Shown here piece by piece: positions 1-12,752 of a DNA stretch of 64,000 nt; position 1 is the stretch's first letter, and every line of letters begins with the position of its first letter. Both the position numbers and the translations under genes were made by a program. Location of the stretch: assembly GCA_964016885.1 (NCBI GenBank), contig OZ024741.1:251534001-251598000 (forward strand), given 5' to 3'. This DNA comes from Eledone cirrhosa. Taxonomy: Eukaryota. Below the pieces are notes generated by a model. That model was given only the letters and a program-made list of their open reading frames with translations, was not told the origin of the DNA and made no database searches.

Positions 1-257
1 ACACACGACCGTGACCTCTGGCGTCATGCAGTAATACAGAAGACTCGACCCCCCCCCCCACGGTTACAAGCTGAAGCATATAGACAATATGCCGCCACCC
101 CCTCCCACTGCAAAGTGATCATGGAGGTGGCGTGGCAAAAAAGCACCCAGCGCACACTGTAAAGTAGACGTGTAGGTGCCACGGAAAAAGGAACCCAGCA
201 CTCACAGTAAATGCGGTTGACGTAAAACGGTGATGATGATGATTCAAATACAATTAA

Positions 258-477
258 CCCTTTAATGTTCAATCCGGCCAAAACCGGCCAGAATTCTCTA
301 CCTTTTTCTGTTGAAACTGGCTGTAACTGGTTGCTCAAACTGATGTTAAGGTATTGTTCTCAAAATAAATACTTTCAAAATCTCATAGATTCGATATTAT
401 GTGAGATAATTATGTGAGGTAAAGCCTTTACCATGAAAATACAATAGTATATATACAATAATGTGAATGCTAAAGGG
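258..477. mobile_element. piggyBac-type MITE (family copy 1)
   Basis: TTAA|CCCTTTA...TAAAGGG|TTAA; about 220 bp; six related copies in the window. Confidence 0.85.
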
Positions 478-1173
478 TTAACACATATATTAAATCATAT
501 GTTATATACATTGATATAAAACAAAAGAGAGATCTTAAGACATGAAGTGAAGAATATATACATGTGTATTTAGTAAAAAATATGTAGATATAAATACCTG
601 TAGGTGTGGTTGCTTGATTCTCTTTCATCTACAGGTGCACACATATATGTACTTGTATTTCATAGACAGGTATGACTTCTATATGTTGCACCAACAAAAA
701 TAAGTCTTTTGATGATGACGATGAAGATGACAAGATAACATTAGTATGAGATGAGAAAATCCTCCTGAATATATAAAGGATGTTTATATAAACCTCCTGC
801 AGTTAGCTCTCATATATATATATATATATATATGAGAGCTTATATTGTTATTTTGTTGTATGTACAGTTGGTACCTTCAGTCAGTTCTCTTGGTGTTACA
901 TTTTACAACTATGTCTTTCACTCTGGACTAAATGTTTACTTTTAACTTTCGATCCATTGAGTGCTCTGTGATTGCTTCAAAACAAACCAAATTGTACATG
1001 GTGTACTGCAGCTGAAGTTTGATTTACAAATATTATATATAGATATATAAGTATGTAGATATAAACATTTTTTTCCAGTGTTACATTCATTCAAAACCAT
1101 CCACCATCTGATTGAAAAACCTTAATGTTCATGTTGCCATATTTTTTGTCTCAAACAAAAAAAGGAAAAAAGA

Positions 1174-1236
<63 letters not shown>

Positions 1237-2366
1237 GTGTATTGTGGCTGTTGTAAGGTCTTCATTCTTTCATTACTCTAGCAGCTATATATTTATAACT
1301 ACTGACACAACTTTAAAAAATGGCAGCCATCCTTCCATTTATATGTCTATATCATCATGACTTATCCTGGCAACTTCTGATGAGGAGAGTTCCAAAGTTT
1401 GTATTTATTTTGTTACATTTTATTGTTCTTTCTGCTTGTTTTTTAAAAATCTTTTCTGCAGTTTTCCCCCATATAAGAGCTGCTACAGTGTGTTGTGTGG
1501 GCTCAAGTTAGTGAAGGCATTGTCAAATGCTGGAGCAGAAATATTTGTTATGTGGATTGTGGGTTGTGTGTTTTGGGTTGTGGGATGCATGTTGTGTGTT
1601 GAGCATCATGTTTTGTGTTGTATTGTGGTTTGTTTGGTGTGTGATGTCTGTTGTGTGGTGCTATGTGTTGTAGGTTGTGGGTTGTAATCTGACCCCAAAT
1701 CCCTGTCTTTACACATCCAATAGCTACCATAACATATTGGTCTGGTAGTAATGATAATTGTTGTTGCATACTTATAATGAAAGTCCTTCCAATCGTGACC
1801 ATGATCCTTTTTTTAATATTCAAATATAATGTAACTAGTAATACATTATCCAATGTGTCACATTTAGAAAATTTTAAATATCTTTTTCTGATCACAATAT
1901 GGTGGGATTTGAAGGGGATTTGGTGGCTATTTTTAGCAGAGCAGGTTGATTGATTATGATTGACTGTGTTGAAAGTGCCTCATTGGTTTAATGGTATAAT
2001 CAGAGTCTGCAGTGTTATTGTTGGTGATGATGGTGGTGGTGGTGGTGGTGGTGGTGGTGGTGGCGTTGGCCTTGGCAGTATTGGTTCAAAATCTTGTTTG
2101 TAACTATGGTACATTCCTGGTGAAACAAATGTGAAACAAACTTTAGATGTTTTGCCTTTGTTATATATATATATATTATATATATATATATATTATATAT
2201 ATATTATATATATAGATATATATATCATATATATATTATATATATATTATATATATATATATATAATCAAAAAAGATAAAAACACAACAGTTTTACAACC
2301 TGATTGACATCCTGCTCTTCTGTACATTATTTTGCCTGTCTACCATGTTCTAAAAGAAAACAGTAC

Positions 2367-2406
<40 letters not shown>

Positions 2407-2617
2407 GTCATTGTCATCATTGTCATCATTGTCATCATCATCATTGTCATCATCATCATTATCAATGCCATCATCATAATTATCATCATCATCATTGTCA
2501 TTATCATCATCGTTAAGCTCATCATCCTCATCATCATCAACATAGTCATTGCAGTTATTGGTATGGTTGCTGTTGTTGTAGGAGTTCAAGATGTGGTAGT
2601 GATAGTTGTGGTGGTGA

Positions 2618-2679
<62 letters not shown>

Positions 2680-2710
2680 ATGGTGGTGGTGGTAGTAGTA
2701 GTAATGGTAC

Positions 2711-2772
<62 letters not shown>

Positions 2773-3209
2773 GTATTGATCGTTGCTGTTTTTTTGTTTT
2801 CAGTCTCACTACACTTTGCATATTTTTGGAAACATTTCTAAGTCCTGTCATTTATTTAGTCATAATATATCTAGGACTACATTATGTAAAGTTAGTGTTG
2901 CTCTATAGTTCCAAGCCAAGCCTAATTGAGCAGACTGATGATCAAAGGTGTTCCTGCCATGGCCATCCTGTCGGCTATTCTGATATTGTGCATCTAAGAT
3001 TACATTATGTAAAGTTACTATTGTTGTTCTGGTGATTTAGCTCCAGGTCAGATAGTACTTTGTGGACTTCATGCCTTAGGCTTGATCATATTTGAACAAT
3101 TTTAACTGTTAACAAGAGAGTCAACATCATTTAGCTTCTCAGTTAAAGAAGCATAGGTTCATATCCAGCTACAGACATTGTATAGGTACCCATAACATTA
3201 TTATTATTA

Positions 3210-3720
3210 GCGAAAGAGGTTGTGTGGTGGACCAGGTTGAAAGGTCTGAAGAGAGACACTTTTCTCTTTGGCCAATCCCTCATCAACATTTTTAAGTTTC
3301 ACTTGGAAAGGAAGGTGAGGGTAGAGAGAGCAGTGCTCCCACTCCCTAGTACATTTGTTAAAAGGTGGGTGAATGTTGCAAGAATGGCTTGTGTGAATGA
3401 GCCTACTCTGAGCATGCACCTGTAGGCTGGTTGATTTAGTGAGGAGAGGGATGCTCTTCCAGCTTTGGGTGGTTTAGGATTAGTAGGGTTCCTAAGTCAG
3501 CCCTGGTTGGTCCTGCCTCCTATTGGGGAATTTCCATTGTTGTAATTCTTTTATTCATTGTTATTTGTTTGTTAATTTCTTTCTACTCTATTTCAGTGCA
3601 ACCCGCCCCCTGCCATTGTCCCTGTCTATTGTATTGTCCCTCCTTTTTGTTGGCCCTTGTGGCAAATAAAAAGAAATAATAATAATAACAATAATAATAA
3701 TAATAATTATTATTATTATT
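3210..3720 (+). mobile_element. L1/Tx1-like LINE 3' end
   Basis: KEVVWWTRLKG...FKFHLERKVRVE...FVKRW resembles Tx1/L1 ORF2 C-termini. It ends ggcccttgtggcaaataaaa + (AAT)n; the tail motif recurs at about 3731 and 4467. Confidence 0.5.
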
Positions 3721-3787
3721 ATTATATGTTCGGCCCTTGTGGCCAATAATAAAGAAATAATTACTATTATTATCATTATTATCATTA

Positions 3788-3980
3788 GGGCGGTGAATTG
3801 GCAGTATTGATAGGGGGTCAGAAATAAATGCTTTGCGGTATTTAGTTAAGACTTTCTATATTCTGAGTTCAAATCTCACCAAGGTCAATAAAATAAAGTA
3901 CCAGTTAAGTACTGGGGTTGGTGTAATCAATATTCCCCACCCCCTCAAATTGCTGGCCTTGAGCCAATGTTAGAAAGAAT
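3788..3980 (+). mobile_element. tRNA-derived SINE with Nin/Deu-like domain (representative copy)
   Basis: Head ggcggtgaattggcag, B-box gagttcaaatc, then ataaaataaagtaccag. Many further copies, e.g. 4004-4440, 18166-18335, 25766-25950, 50495-50650. Confidence 0.75.
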
Positions 3981-4167
3981 TATTATTATTAGAAAGGTTA
4001 AAAGGGCAGTGGATTGACAGTATCATTAGAGCATTGGACAAGATGCTTCACGGCATAGAGTTACATCCCTTTACATTCTGATTTCAAAACCTGCCGAGGC
4101 TGGCTTTACCTTTCATCCTTACGGGGTCAATAAAATAAAGCACCAGTAAGTACTGGAGTCGATTTAA

Positions 4168-4387
4168 CACTTTAGCATTTAAACCAGCCATATCCAGCCA
4201 GAGTTCTCTCACCTCTTTCTGTTCAATCTGGCCATAACTGGCCCCTCATACTGATGTTAAGGTATTGTTCTCAAAATATATAATATCAAAATTTCATAGA
4301 TTCGATATTATGTGAGATACTATGTGAGATAAAGCCTTTACCGTGAAAATACAATAGTAAATATAGAGTAATGTAAATGCTAAAGGG
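4168..4387. mobile_element. piggyBac-type MITE inserted into a SINE
   Basis: TTAA TSD on both sides; splits the SINE sequence gtcgat[ttaa]tcgact. Confidence 0.8.
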
Positions 4388-5268
4388 TTAATCGACTTTG
4401 CCCTTCCCTTCAAATTGCTGTGCCTAAAGTAGAAACAATTATTATTATTATTAGTCCCTACATGTCGGCCCTTGTGGCTAATAAATGAAATCATTATTAT
4501 TACTATTATCACCATCACCATCATCATCATTCTGATTTTCATCTTCATCATTGCCATGTAGTGGCAGTGGTGGTGGTGATGGTGTTAGTGGTAATAGTGG
4601 TGGTGTTAGTGGTGGTGGAGGTGGTTGAATCAACCAGTGCCTCTCCCCACTGACACCCCCCAATACTAGCTGTGTGGTGGCGTGAAGGAGAAAAGACTCA
4701 ACTCTCAACAACATCATTATTAGTATTACTTGTAAATATTTGACAATGTTTTGGTTGTTATTGTTATAATATTGTGTATATTTGTTGTTGCTTATGTATA
4801 TTTGCATACCTTTATATACATATAGGATTTATATACAGATTAGTTATAAAGCAGGCCATGTTTGTATAGGTCTGATAACACAGTGAATCTAAAGGAATCA
4901 GGCCATATTGGAGCATATTACTATGTAACCCAGTACGGTTCTGTAGAAACCAGTGTTATGTAACAAACATATGCCACACTGATCTCTCTCTTCAAATTAC
5001 ATACACACACACACACATGCACACACACACACACGCACACATGCGCATACACACACATGCGCATACACACACATGCGCATACACACATATATATATATGT
5101 ATATATAGAAATGACTTCTACAGGACTAGAACTGTTTCACTTGAATGAAATCATCAAGACAAGAATATCAAATAAAGTTGGTCAGTTCTGGTTATTTATA
5201 GGTGTCGGTTGGGTCGTTTTATATATATATATATATATATAAATATATATATGTATGTATGTATATAT

Positions 5269-5352
<84 letters not shown>

Positions 5353-5450
5353 GGTGAAACATTTGTAATATGTTATTAAACATGTTATGATACAACACTG
5401 ATTCTTTGTTCCTTTATTCTTATACTATATATATATATTACACACATATA

Positions 5451-5530
<80 letters not shown>

Positions 5531-5736
5531 CTTTACTGTTATTTGTATGCAATATTAGATGGTAGTGCTGGTCACTGAGGAGAAGCAGTGTGTATGTGTG
5601 TGTGTGTGGGGGGGGGAGATAGTGTGTATGTGGCTGGGTGTTGTGTTGTCCATATATTTAAGGTCTTACTCTGTTGTCAATTTTTACACCAGTTGTAGTT
5701 ATTATTGTTGTTGGCATTGTTGCAGGTGTTGTTCCA

Positions 5737-5768
<32 letters not shown>

Positions 5769-6417
5769 ATAGTAGTTGTTGTTGTTGTTATTATTGTTGT
5801 TGCTGTTGTTATAAATTGCTGGTTGTGTATTTTGATGGGATCAAACTTATTTTTTGGGTGTTCGGGTTGGTAACTGCAAAAGAGAGAAAAATCTAGTTTT
5901 ACTGTCATCCATTATTATAATAACAACAACAACAACAACAACAGCTACAACAATAAAACTACCAACAACACCCACACTAGAACTGACAAGAACAACAACA
6001 GCATCAAGCAAACCAACAACAGCAGCAGTTACAACAACAACAACAACAAAAAAACAACTAACAATATGAGAACTGACAAGAATAAAACTAACAACAACAA
6101 TGAACAACAACAACAAAAACAAGTCCAGAGACAAAATTAGGGTTCAATTTAATGACATGTCCACTACACAAATACACACACAATCCGTTGTTGACCAGTG
6201 TCAATATATGAAGTTATTCATACAGTTTACTTTATGGATCAAGTAAAAGTGAACCATTGAGGTATTCTCATTAGGCCTTGGACTTCTTCCAAATTATTAT
6301 ATCTAAGATATAATATACATTATATAATAAGCCATTGGCTATTGCAAAAAAATATTTCCTGAACATCATTATCTCCCCTGTTTTTTTTTGTTGTTGTTTT
6401 TTCTGTGCTACCTTTAA

Positions 6418-6613
6418 CGGTTTAGCATTTAAACTGGCCATATCCAGCCAGAATTCTCTCACCACTTTCTGTTCAAACTGGCTGTAACCAGCCATTCATA
6501 TTGATGTTAAGGTATTGTTCTCAAAATAAATAATATCAAAATCTCATAGAATCGATATTATGTGAGGTAAAGCCTTTACTGTGAAAATATAGAGTAATGT
6601 AAATGCTAAAGGG
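6418..6613. mobile_element. piggyBac-type MITE
   Basis: Same internal sequence as copy 1; tttagcattt...aaatgctaaaggg ends. Confidence 0.75.
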
Positions 6614-7198
6614 TTACACATTTATTTAGTAAAGACTACCACTTAATTAGAATGAGTCACCCGAAGACTTCCATGAAATATACCAGTCTTAACATGCTGC
6701 TACTTAGTATTTGAGACTTGCTAGAAATAGCAACCAAATCTCTCTCAAATCATACATACTATCTTGAAAAAGGAAGAAGATATTGAAAGTAGATCAATTA
6801 TTATCCACACCACGGCCGCCACCACCACCATCATCATTATCATTATCATCATCCTCCTCATCATCATCATTGACATAATAATCAACATCACAATCATAGT
6901 GATTATCATTATTGTAATATCAACACCTTCACCATCGTCCCTTCAATGATACAATGTAATAACCTCTTGTTTCTGGATTTATAAATATTGATTCAGCCAG
7001 TACTTACAAGTTCTCTTCACACTCTCTATCACATCCTCCCTAAGTAACTCATAACTCACACCACTTCAACAACGTCTGTGAAGTTATGTAATAGAAAGTG
7101 TAAGAGAAAGAGAGAGGAGGAGAGAGAAAGAAAATGAATTATGGGTTGGTCAGCTTACTGTATCACTGACTGACCAAATTTTCAGTAATGTCAATGTA

Positions 7199-7461
7199 CA
7201 GGGTGAGTCATAAGTAACTGGCAGTCCAACATTTAGATTCCAAATGATAATATTTGCTAAAATTCTGGTCATACATTACAAAATTATAATTACATCAAAT
7301 AAAAGTAGTTAAAAAATATAATCAAAGTAAATGTTCGAAAAGCCAACTTCATTCCTCAATCAGGGAAAAGCAGACGTAAAATGATGATGATGTTCAAAAT
7401 GTTATCTGTGAACCTTTCCATAAAAATGCATTGACTGCCCGGTTACTTATGCCTCACCCTG
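7199..7461. mobile_element. Tc1/mariner-type MITE
   Basis: TA|CAGGGTGAGTCATAAGTAAC...GTTACTTATGCCTCACCCTG|TA. Confidence 0.85.
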
Positions 7462-8741
7462 TATATTGGCTGGTCTCAGTGTACAACAAAAGTCCATTTA
7501 TATGAATGACCACTTGACCAAATGGAAATAGCATCCAAATCACATTATACCATCTTGAACCTTTTGAAACTGCCTAAAACCACTCCATGTAAAATGATAC
7601 AAAACTAATTGTTTTAAAGTGTTTATATCTATAAAAATTTCTTCCATCATAATTTGTTAAATTTTGCTAAAAAAAACAGCTTAACTCAAAGCCAACATAC
7701 CAAATTATTTGTTTTAAAGTGTTTATATTTATCTATAAACATCCAAAATGTTATGTAAGAATCTTTAATAAGATATGCCCTAAATACCAGCTTGATAATC
7801 GAAAAATTAGTTATTTTACTAAATTTGTCAAAATCTTTGATTTTCAAAATTATTTGAAAAATATAAACAGTGACTCCCATTAGAAATATGGCAATGAAAA
7901 GGTTAGTGGTGAGAAAATTAGTTATATTACTAATTCTTTCCAAATTATTGATTATTTCCAAAATTATTTATAACTAATAAGCATTGGCATTCATGAGAAA
8001 TATGGTAATAATATACTAGAACTTATTTTATCAACAATAGAAAGATGGTAGACAAAATCTAAACTGGCAAAATTTGAACTCAAAACCCAGTGGCCTCTAG
8101 TTGAATTTCCCAGTGCTCTATTTGAACGCCAATAGCTTAGTAGTCAGGGTGTTCAGCTCATGATCATAAACTTGTGAGTTTGATTCCAGGTGGCATGTTG
8201 TGTCCTTGAGCATGACTCTTTATTTTATGTTACTCCAGTCCACTCAACTGGCAAAAATGATTTCATTGTAGCTGTAGATGAAAAGGCCAACTTTGTCAGT
8301 CACTGTGTCATACAGAATCTCCCTGAACACTGCGCCATGGGGTACACTTGTCTGTGGAGTGCTCAGCCACTTGCATATGAATTTCAGAAGCAGGCTGTTC
8401 TGTTGTTCAAATAAGTGGAACACTCATTTTTAGAACTGACAGAGATCTAAACAGTTATGTCAATGAAAATAATATATATATATAAATGGAAAAAATGAAA
8501 TTTCATTTCTCACTCTTAGTACGGCTGATACTTAAATATAAGTATGTATACGTACATACATATATGTATACAGACGTACAGTAGTATGTATATATATATG
8601 CATGCACACATATATATATGTATGTATGGGTTTACCGAACATTTATTATAATGCTCGGTTTGTTTGTAAACAAACAGCCTGAATTATTAGCTGAAGTGTT
8701 CGGCAACCATCGTTGCCATTTTGTGCAACACTGACAAAGGA

Positions 8742-8785
8742 ATGATGAACTAGTTTCTAGCTTATTAGCTGTCATCAGCACTGTA
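8742..8785 (-). ncRNA. Minimal type I hammerhead ribozyme motif
   Basis: tacagtg CTGATGA cagctaataagcta GAAA ctag TT catcat: stem II agct/agct, stem I eroded. Confidence 0.55.
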
Positions 8786-9394
8786 AAGCTTCCTGTCAGT
8801 TGATTGAACGTTTGAAAGTATATACTTTCCTTATGCATATTAATGGCTGAGCAGCCTAATTTGCATATTGAGTGAGTTAGTCGGCCGGGCGTACCGAAAA
8901 TGATAAATGGAAAAAATGAAATTTCATTTCTCACTCTTAGTACGGCTGATACTTAAATATAAGTATGTATATGTACATACATATATATATACAGACGTAC
9001 AGTAGTATGTATATATATGTATGTGTTGAACAAAATGGCAACGATGGTTGCCGAACACTGTACGGCTAATAATTTGGGATGTTTGTTTACAAACAAACCG
9101 AACATTATAATAAATGTTCGGTAAACCCATACATACATATATATATGTGTGCATGTATGTATGTATATACATACTACTGTACGTCTGTATACATATATGT
9201 ATGTACGTATACATACTTATATTTAAGTATCAGCCGTACTAAGAGTGAGAAATGAAATTTCATTTTTTCCATTTATCGTTTTCGGTACGCCCGGCTGACT
9301 AACTCACTTGATATGCAAATTAGGCTGCTCAGCTGTTAATATGCATAAGGAAAGTATATACTTTCAAACGTTCAATCAACTGACAGGAAGGTAT

Positions 9395-9437
9395 ACAGTG
9401 CTGATGACAGCTAATAAACTAGAAACTAGTTCATTGT
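9395..9437 (+). ncRNA. Minimal type I hammerhead ribozyme motif
   Basis: acagtg CTGATGA cagctaataaacta GAAA ctag TT cattgt: stem I 6 bp, palindromic stem III ACTAGT, imperfect stem II. Confidence 0.65.
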
Positions 9438-10635
9438 TTCTTTATCAGTGTTGAACAAAATGGCAACGATGGTTGCTGAACACTGTACGGCTAATAATTC
9501 AGGCTGTTTGTTTACAAACAAACAAACCGAGCATTATAATAAATGTTCGGTAAACCCATACATACATATATATTTGTGTGCATGTATGTATATACATACT
9601 ACTGAACGCCTGTATACATATATGTATGTACGTATACATACTTATATATATACTTAATCATTAACATTTGATCACTCAACTACAATAGGAGACAGCTTCA
9701 ACCCTCTTCCACCTATAGTAAAATCCTACTCCACCTATCTCATAATCAGTTGTGGTCCTGTGGTTAAGTAATTAGCACTGGCCATCAGTGGGAATTGAAT
9801 TCTTAGGCAGAACTATGAACTCAGATTACAAAGTGCCAGAAGAGATAAGACATGATATCTTGTCCAACAGTCTAACATTTCCAACCATATACTGCCACCA
9901 AGAATTGATACTTTATTTTAATGTCAATGAAAATAATGAACATATATTTTTAATCACCAATATCATCAATATTTGACTATTCAACTGCTGTAGCAGATAT
10001 CCACAACCCTCCTCCACCTATTTTCATAACCAGTTGTGGTCCAGTGGTCAGATAATTAGCCCTGATCATTGGTGGGTCTTGAAACTCTAAGTAGAATTAT
10101 GAATTCAGAATATAAAGTGCTGGAACAGATACCCCAAAGCATCTCATCCAATGCTCTAACAATTCCATCAATCCACTGCCACAATGAACCTTCTTTTATT
10201 GACATTGAAATCATGAAAGGTAAAGTTGACCTTGACAGGATTTGAACTGAGAGCATCAAGAGCCAGATCAAATACTACAAGATAATCTATCTGATACTCT
10301 AGTGACACTTGTGATTCCCCCTCTTTGTATTAATATGAGGTATTGATGTAGCTGTAGTGTATAACATGTCCAATAAGATAACAGAAAACCAGAGGATCAA
10401 TGGTCTTGAAACCTGTTCTGGTTCATCAATTGATCAATTTGATCAGGTGATCAGGTGATCAGTTTGACTATCTTGTGTTCAATGGCAGAGAAATTATGCA
10501 AATTACTTACTAATGTCACGTGATTTATTACTATTTTCACATCGCTGCAGTTGTGGGTGAAGGGGAAACATCAGGGGTTCAGCTGCTCTCTTAAAAACAA
10601 AATAAAAACAAGCAAAAAGAACCCAGCCAAACAGA

Positions 10636-10865
10636 TAATTTATGTTAATTAATGTAAAATCTTGTTTTATGATAATTAGTGTAAAATCTTGGTTTATGAT
10701 AATTATTGTATAGTCTTGTTTTATGATAATTAATGGCAAAACATCTTTTATGATAATTAGTGTAAAATCTTGGTTTACGTTAATTAATGTAAAATATAGA
10801 TTTATGTTAATTAATGTCAAGTGTTGGTTTATGATAATTATTGTAAAATCTTTGTTTATATTAAA
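10636..10865. repeat. About 30-bp AT-rich minisatellite
   Basis: Repeated gtaaaatcttggtttatgataatta units. Confidence 0.8.
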
Positions 10866-10924
10866 TAGTGGAGACTGAGATGCTCATCCTCTCAAGGAAG
10901 CATGAGCAGTGCATTCTACATATG

Positions 10925-11620
10925 AGGAGATTTCCACTAGAGCTGGTGGAAAAGTTCAAGTTTTCATTACTGATGGAAGGCAGGAGGCTGAATTAAATGC
11001 AAGAATTGCAGGAGCTGGTGCCCGCTTCAGCATTAAGTCATCAGAGGAAGTGGGTAGGTGAAAAAAGACAAATTCTCATCTTCAATTTGGTATTCATACC
11101 AAACTTTACCTATGGTCATGAATGTTAGGTAATGACTGAAAGAATATGACTGTGAATACAAGTAGTTAAAATGGGGTTCTTCCAAAGGGTCTTTGGAGTA
11201 CGGTAACTTGGAGATCAAGTAGTAGCTTCAGGTAGAGTCGCTACTTCTCCGAAATGAGAAATCCCAGTTCTGATACGACAGGTATGTGGTCACAATGTCA
11301 AAGGTAAGAATTGCTAGACAGATATTATGGACAAATCCAAATGGCAGAAGACCCTGGGGTAGACCCTGAGCAACAGAGTTGGATGAAGATCCAGTCAGGT
11401 TAATTGGAGCCAGTGGCTTCTGACAGGACCAGTTGGAAGACATGTTTGAAGTCTTTCCCATGACCCTTCCAGAAAGAAGAAGAAGAAGAAGAAGAAGAAG
11501 GGTAGGAAGAGGAAGAGGGCGAGGGAGGAAGAGGAAGAGGACGAGGAGGAAGAGGAAGAGGCTGAAGAAGAAGAAGAAGAAGAAGAAGAAGAAGAAGAAG
11601 AAGAAGAAGAAGAAGGAAAA

Positions 11621-11651
<31 letters not shown>

Positions 11652-11670
11652 AAGAAGAAGAAGAAGAAGG
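10925..11670 (+). mobile_element. RTE-like LINE 3' fragment with (GAA)n tail
   Basis: Peptides LELVEKFK, DGRQEAELNARIAGAG and RIARQILWTNPNGRRPWGRP, followed by a long (AAG)n tract. Confidence 0.7.
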
Positions 11671-11996
11671 CAGTGGTGGTGGTGGAGTAGGAGGAAGTGT
11701 GAAATGTTAATTTACAACAATTAATTTCAAATCCTGAACAAGACTCTTGTGTTAAAGATGTTTCCCTTACAGTAAGAGTGCATGGTCTAGCAGTTAGGGT
11801 ATACTAAAATCATGTTTGTATGTTAAAATCCCCTGTCTGGGGGGCATGTTGTCTCCTTAAGCAAGTTGCTTCATTTCATATTTGTTTTGAGTGTCAACAG
11901 TAGCTGTAACAAACTACTATTCCACCCATGGGGGGAAATTGTACTTGCAGTTGCTTAACAATATTGAAACCAGAAAAGCACTTAAGTACTAAGCCG

Positions 11997-12752
11997 ATGA
12001 ACCTCTGGACTTGAGTCAAGACAATGAACCTCTAGACTTGAGTCAGAAACAGTGAACCTCTGGACTTGAGTCAAAGACAATGAACCTCTAGACTTGAGTC
12101 AGAAACAGTGAACCTCTGGACTTGAGTCAAAGACAATGAACCTCTAGACTTGAGTCAGAAACAGTGAACCTCTGGACTTGAGTCAAAGACAATGAACCTC
12201 TAGACTTGAGTCAGAAACAGTGAACCTCTGGACTTGAGTCAAAGACAATGAACCTCTAGACTTGAGTCAGAAACAGTGAACCTCTGGACTTGAGTCAAAA
12301 ACAGTGAACCTCTAGACTTGAGTCAGAAACAGTGAACTTCTGGACTTGAGTCAAAAACAGTGAACCTCTAGACTTGAGTCAGAAACAGTGAACCTCTGGA
12401 CTTGAGTCAAAAACAGTGAACCTCTAGACTTGAGTCAGAAACAGTGAACCTCTGGACTTGAGTCAAAAACAGTGAACCTCTAGACTTGAGTCAGAAACAG
12501 TGAACCTCTGGACTTGAGTCAAAAACAGTGAACCTCTAGACTTGAGTCAGAAACAGTGAACTTCTGGACTTGAGTCAAAGACAATGAACCTCTGGACTTG
12601 AGTTAGAGACAGTGAAGCTCTGAACTTGAGTTAGAGACAGTGAAGCTCTGAACTTGAGTCAGAGACAGTGAACCTCTGGACTTGAATCAGAGACAATGAA
12701 CCTCTGAACTTGAATCGGAGACAGTGAACCTCTGGACTTGAGTCAGAGACAG
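11997..12752. repeat. 28-bp minisatellite, about 27 copies, with 56-bp dimeric higher order
   Basis: Unit cagtgaacctct(g/a)gacttgagtca(g/a)aaa with alternating variants. Confidence 0.95.

Larger units (their letters stand above)
8482..9655. mobile_element. Retrozyme/Penelope-pLTR-like element: about 421-bp tandem monomer with internal strand switch
   Basis: The unit repeats at 8482 and 8903; its reverse complement repeats at 9023 and 9448. Each orientation holds one hammerhead motif. Starts in a (TA)n tract. Confidence 0.7.

Noticed and set aside
1371-1410. caactt CTGATGA ggagagttcc aaag as a hammerhead
   Set aside because: The G of GAAA is missing and there is no stem I or III; at best a heavily eroded remnant.
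5110-5220. Minus-strand TTGATGA...GAAA block between TA tracts
   Set aside because: Core mutated and stems unconvincing; may be an old member of the class but cannot be supported.
11997-12752. CRISPR-like regular 28-bp repeats
   Set aside because: Units are contiguous with no unique spacers, there are no cas genes, and the context is eukaryotic.
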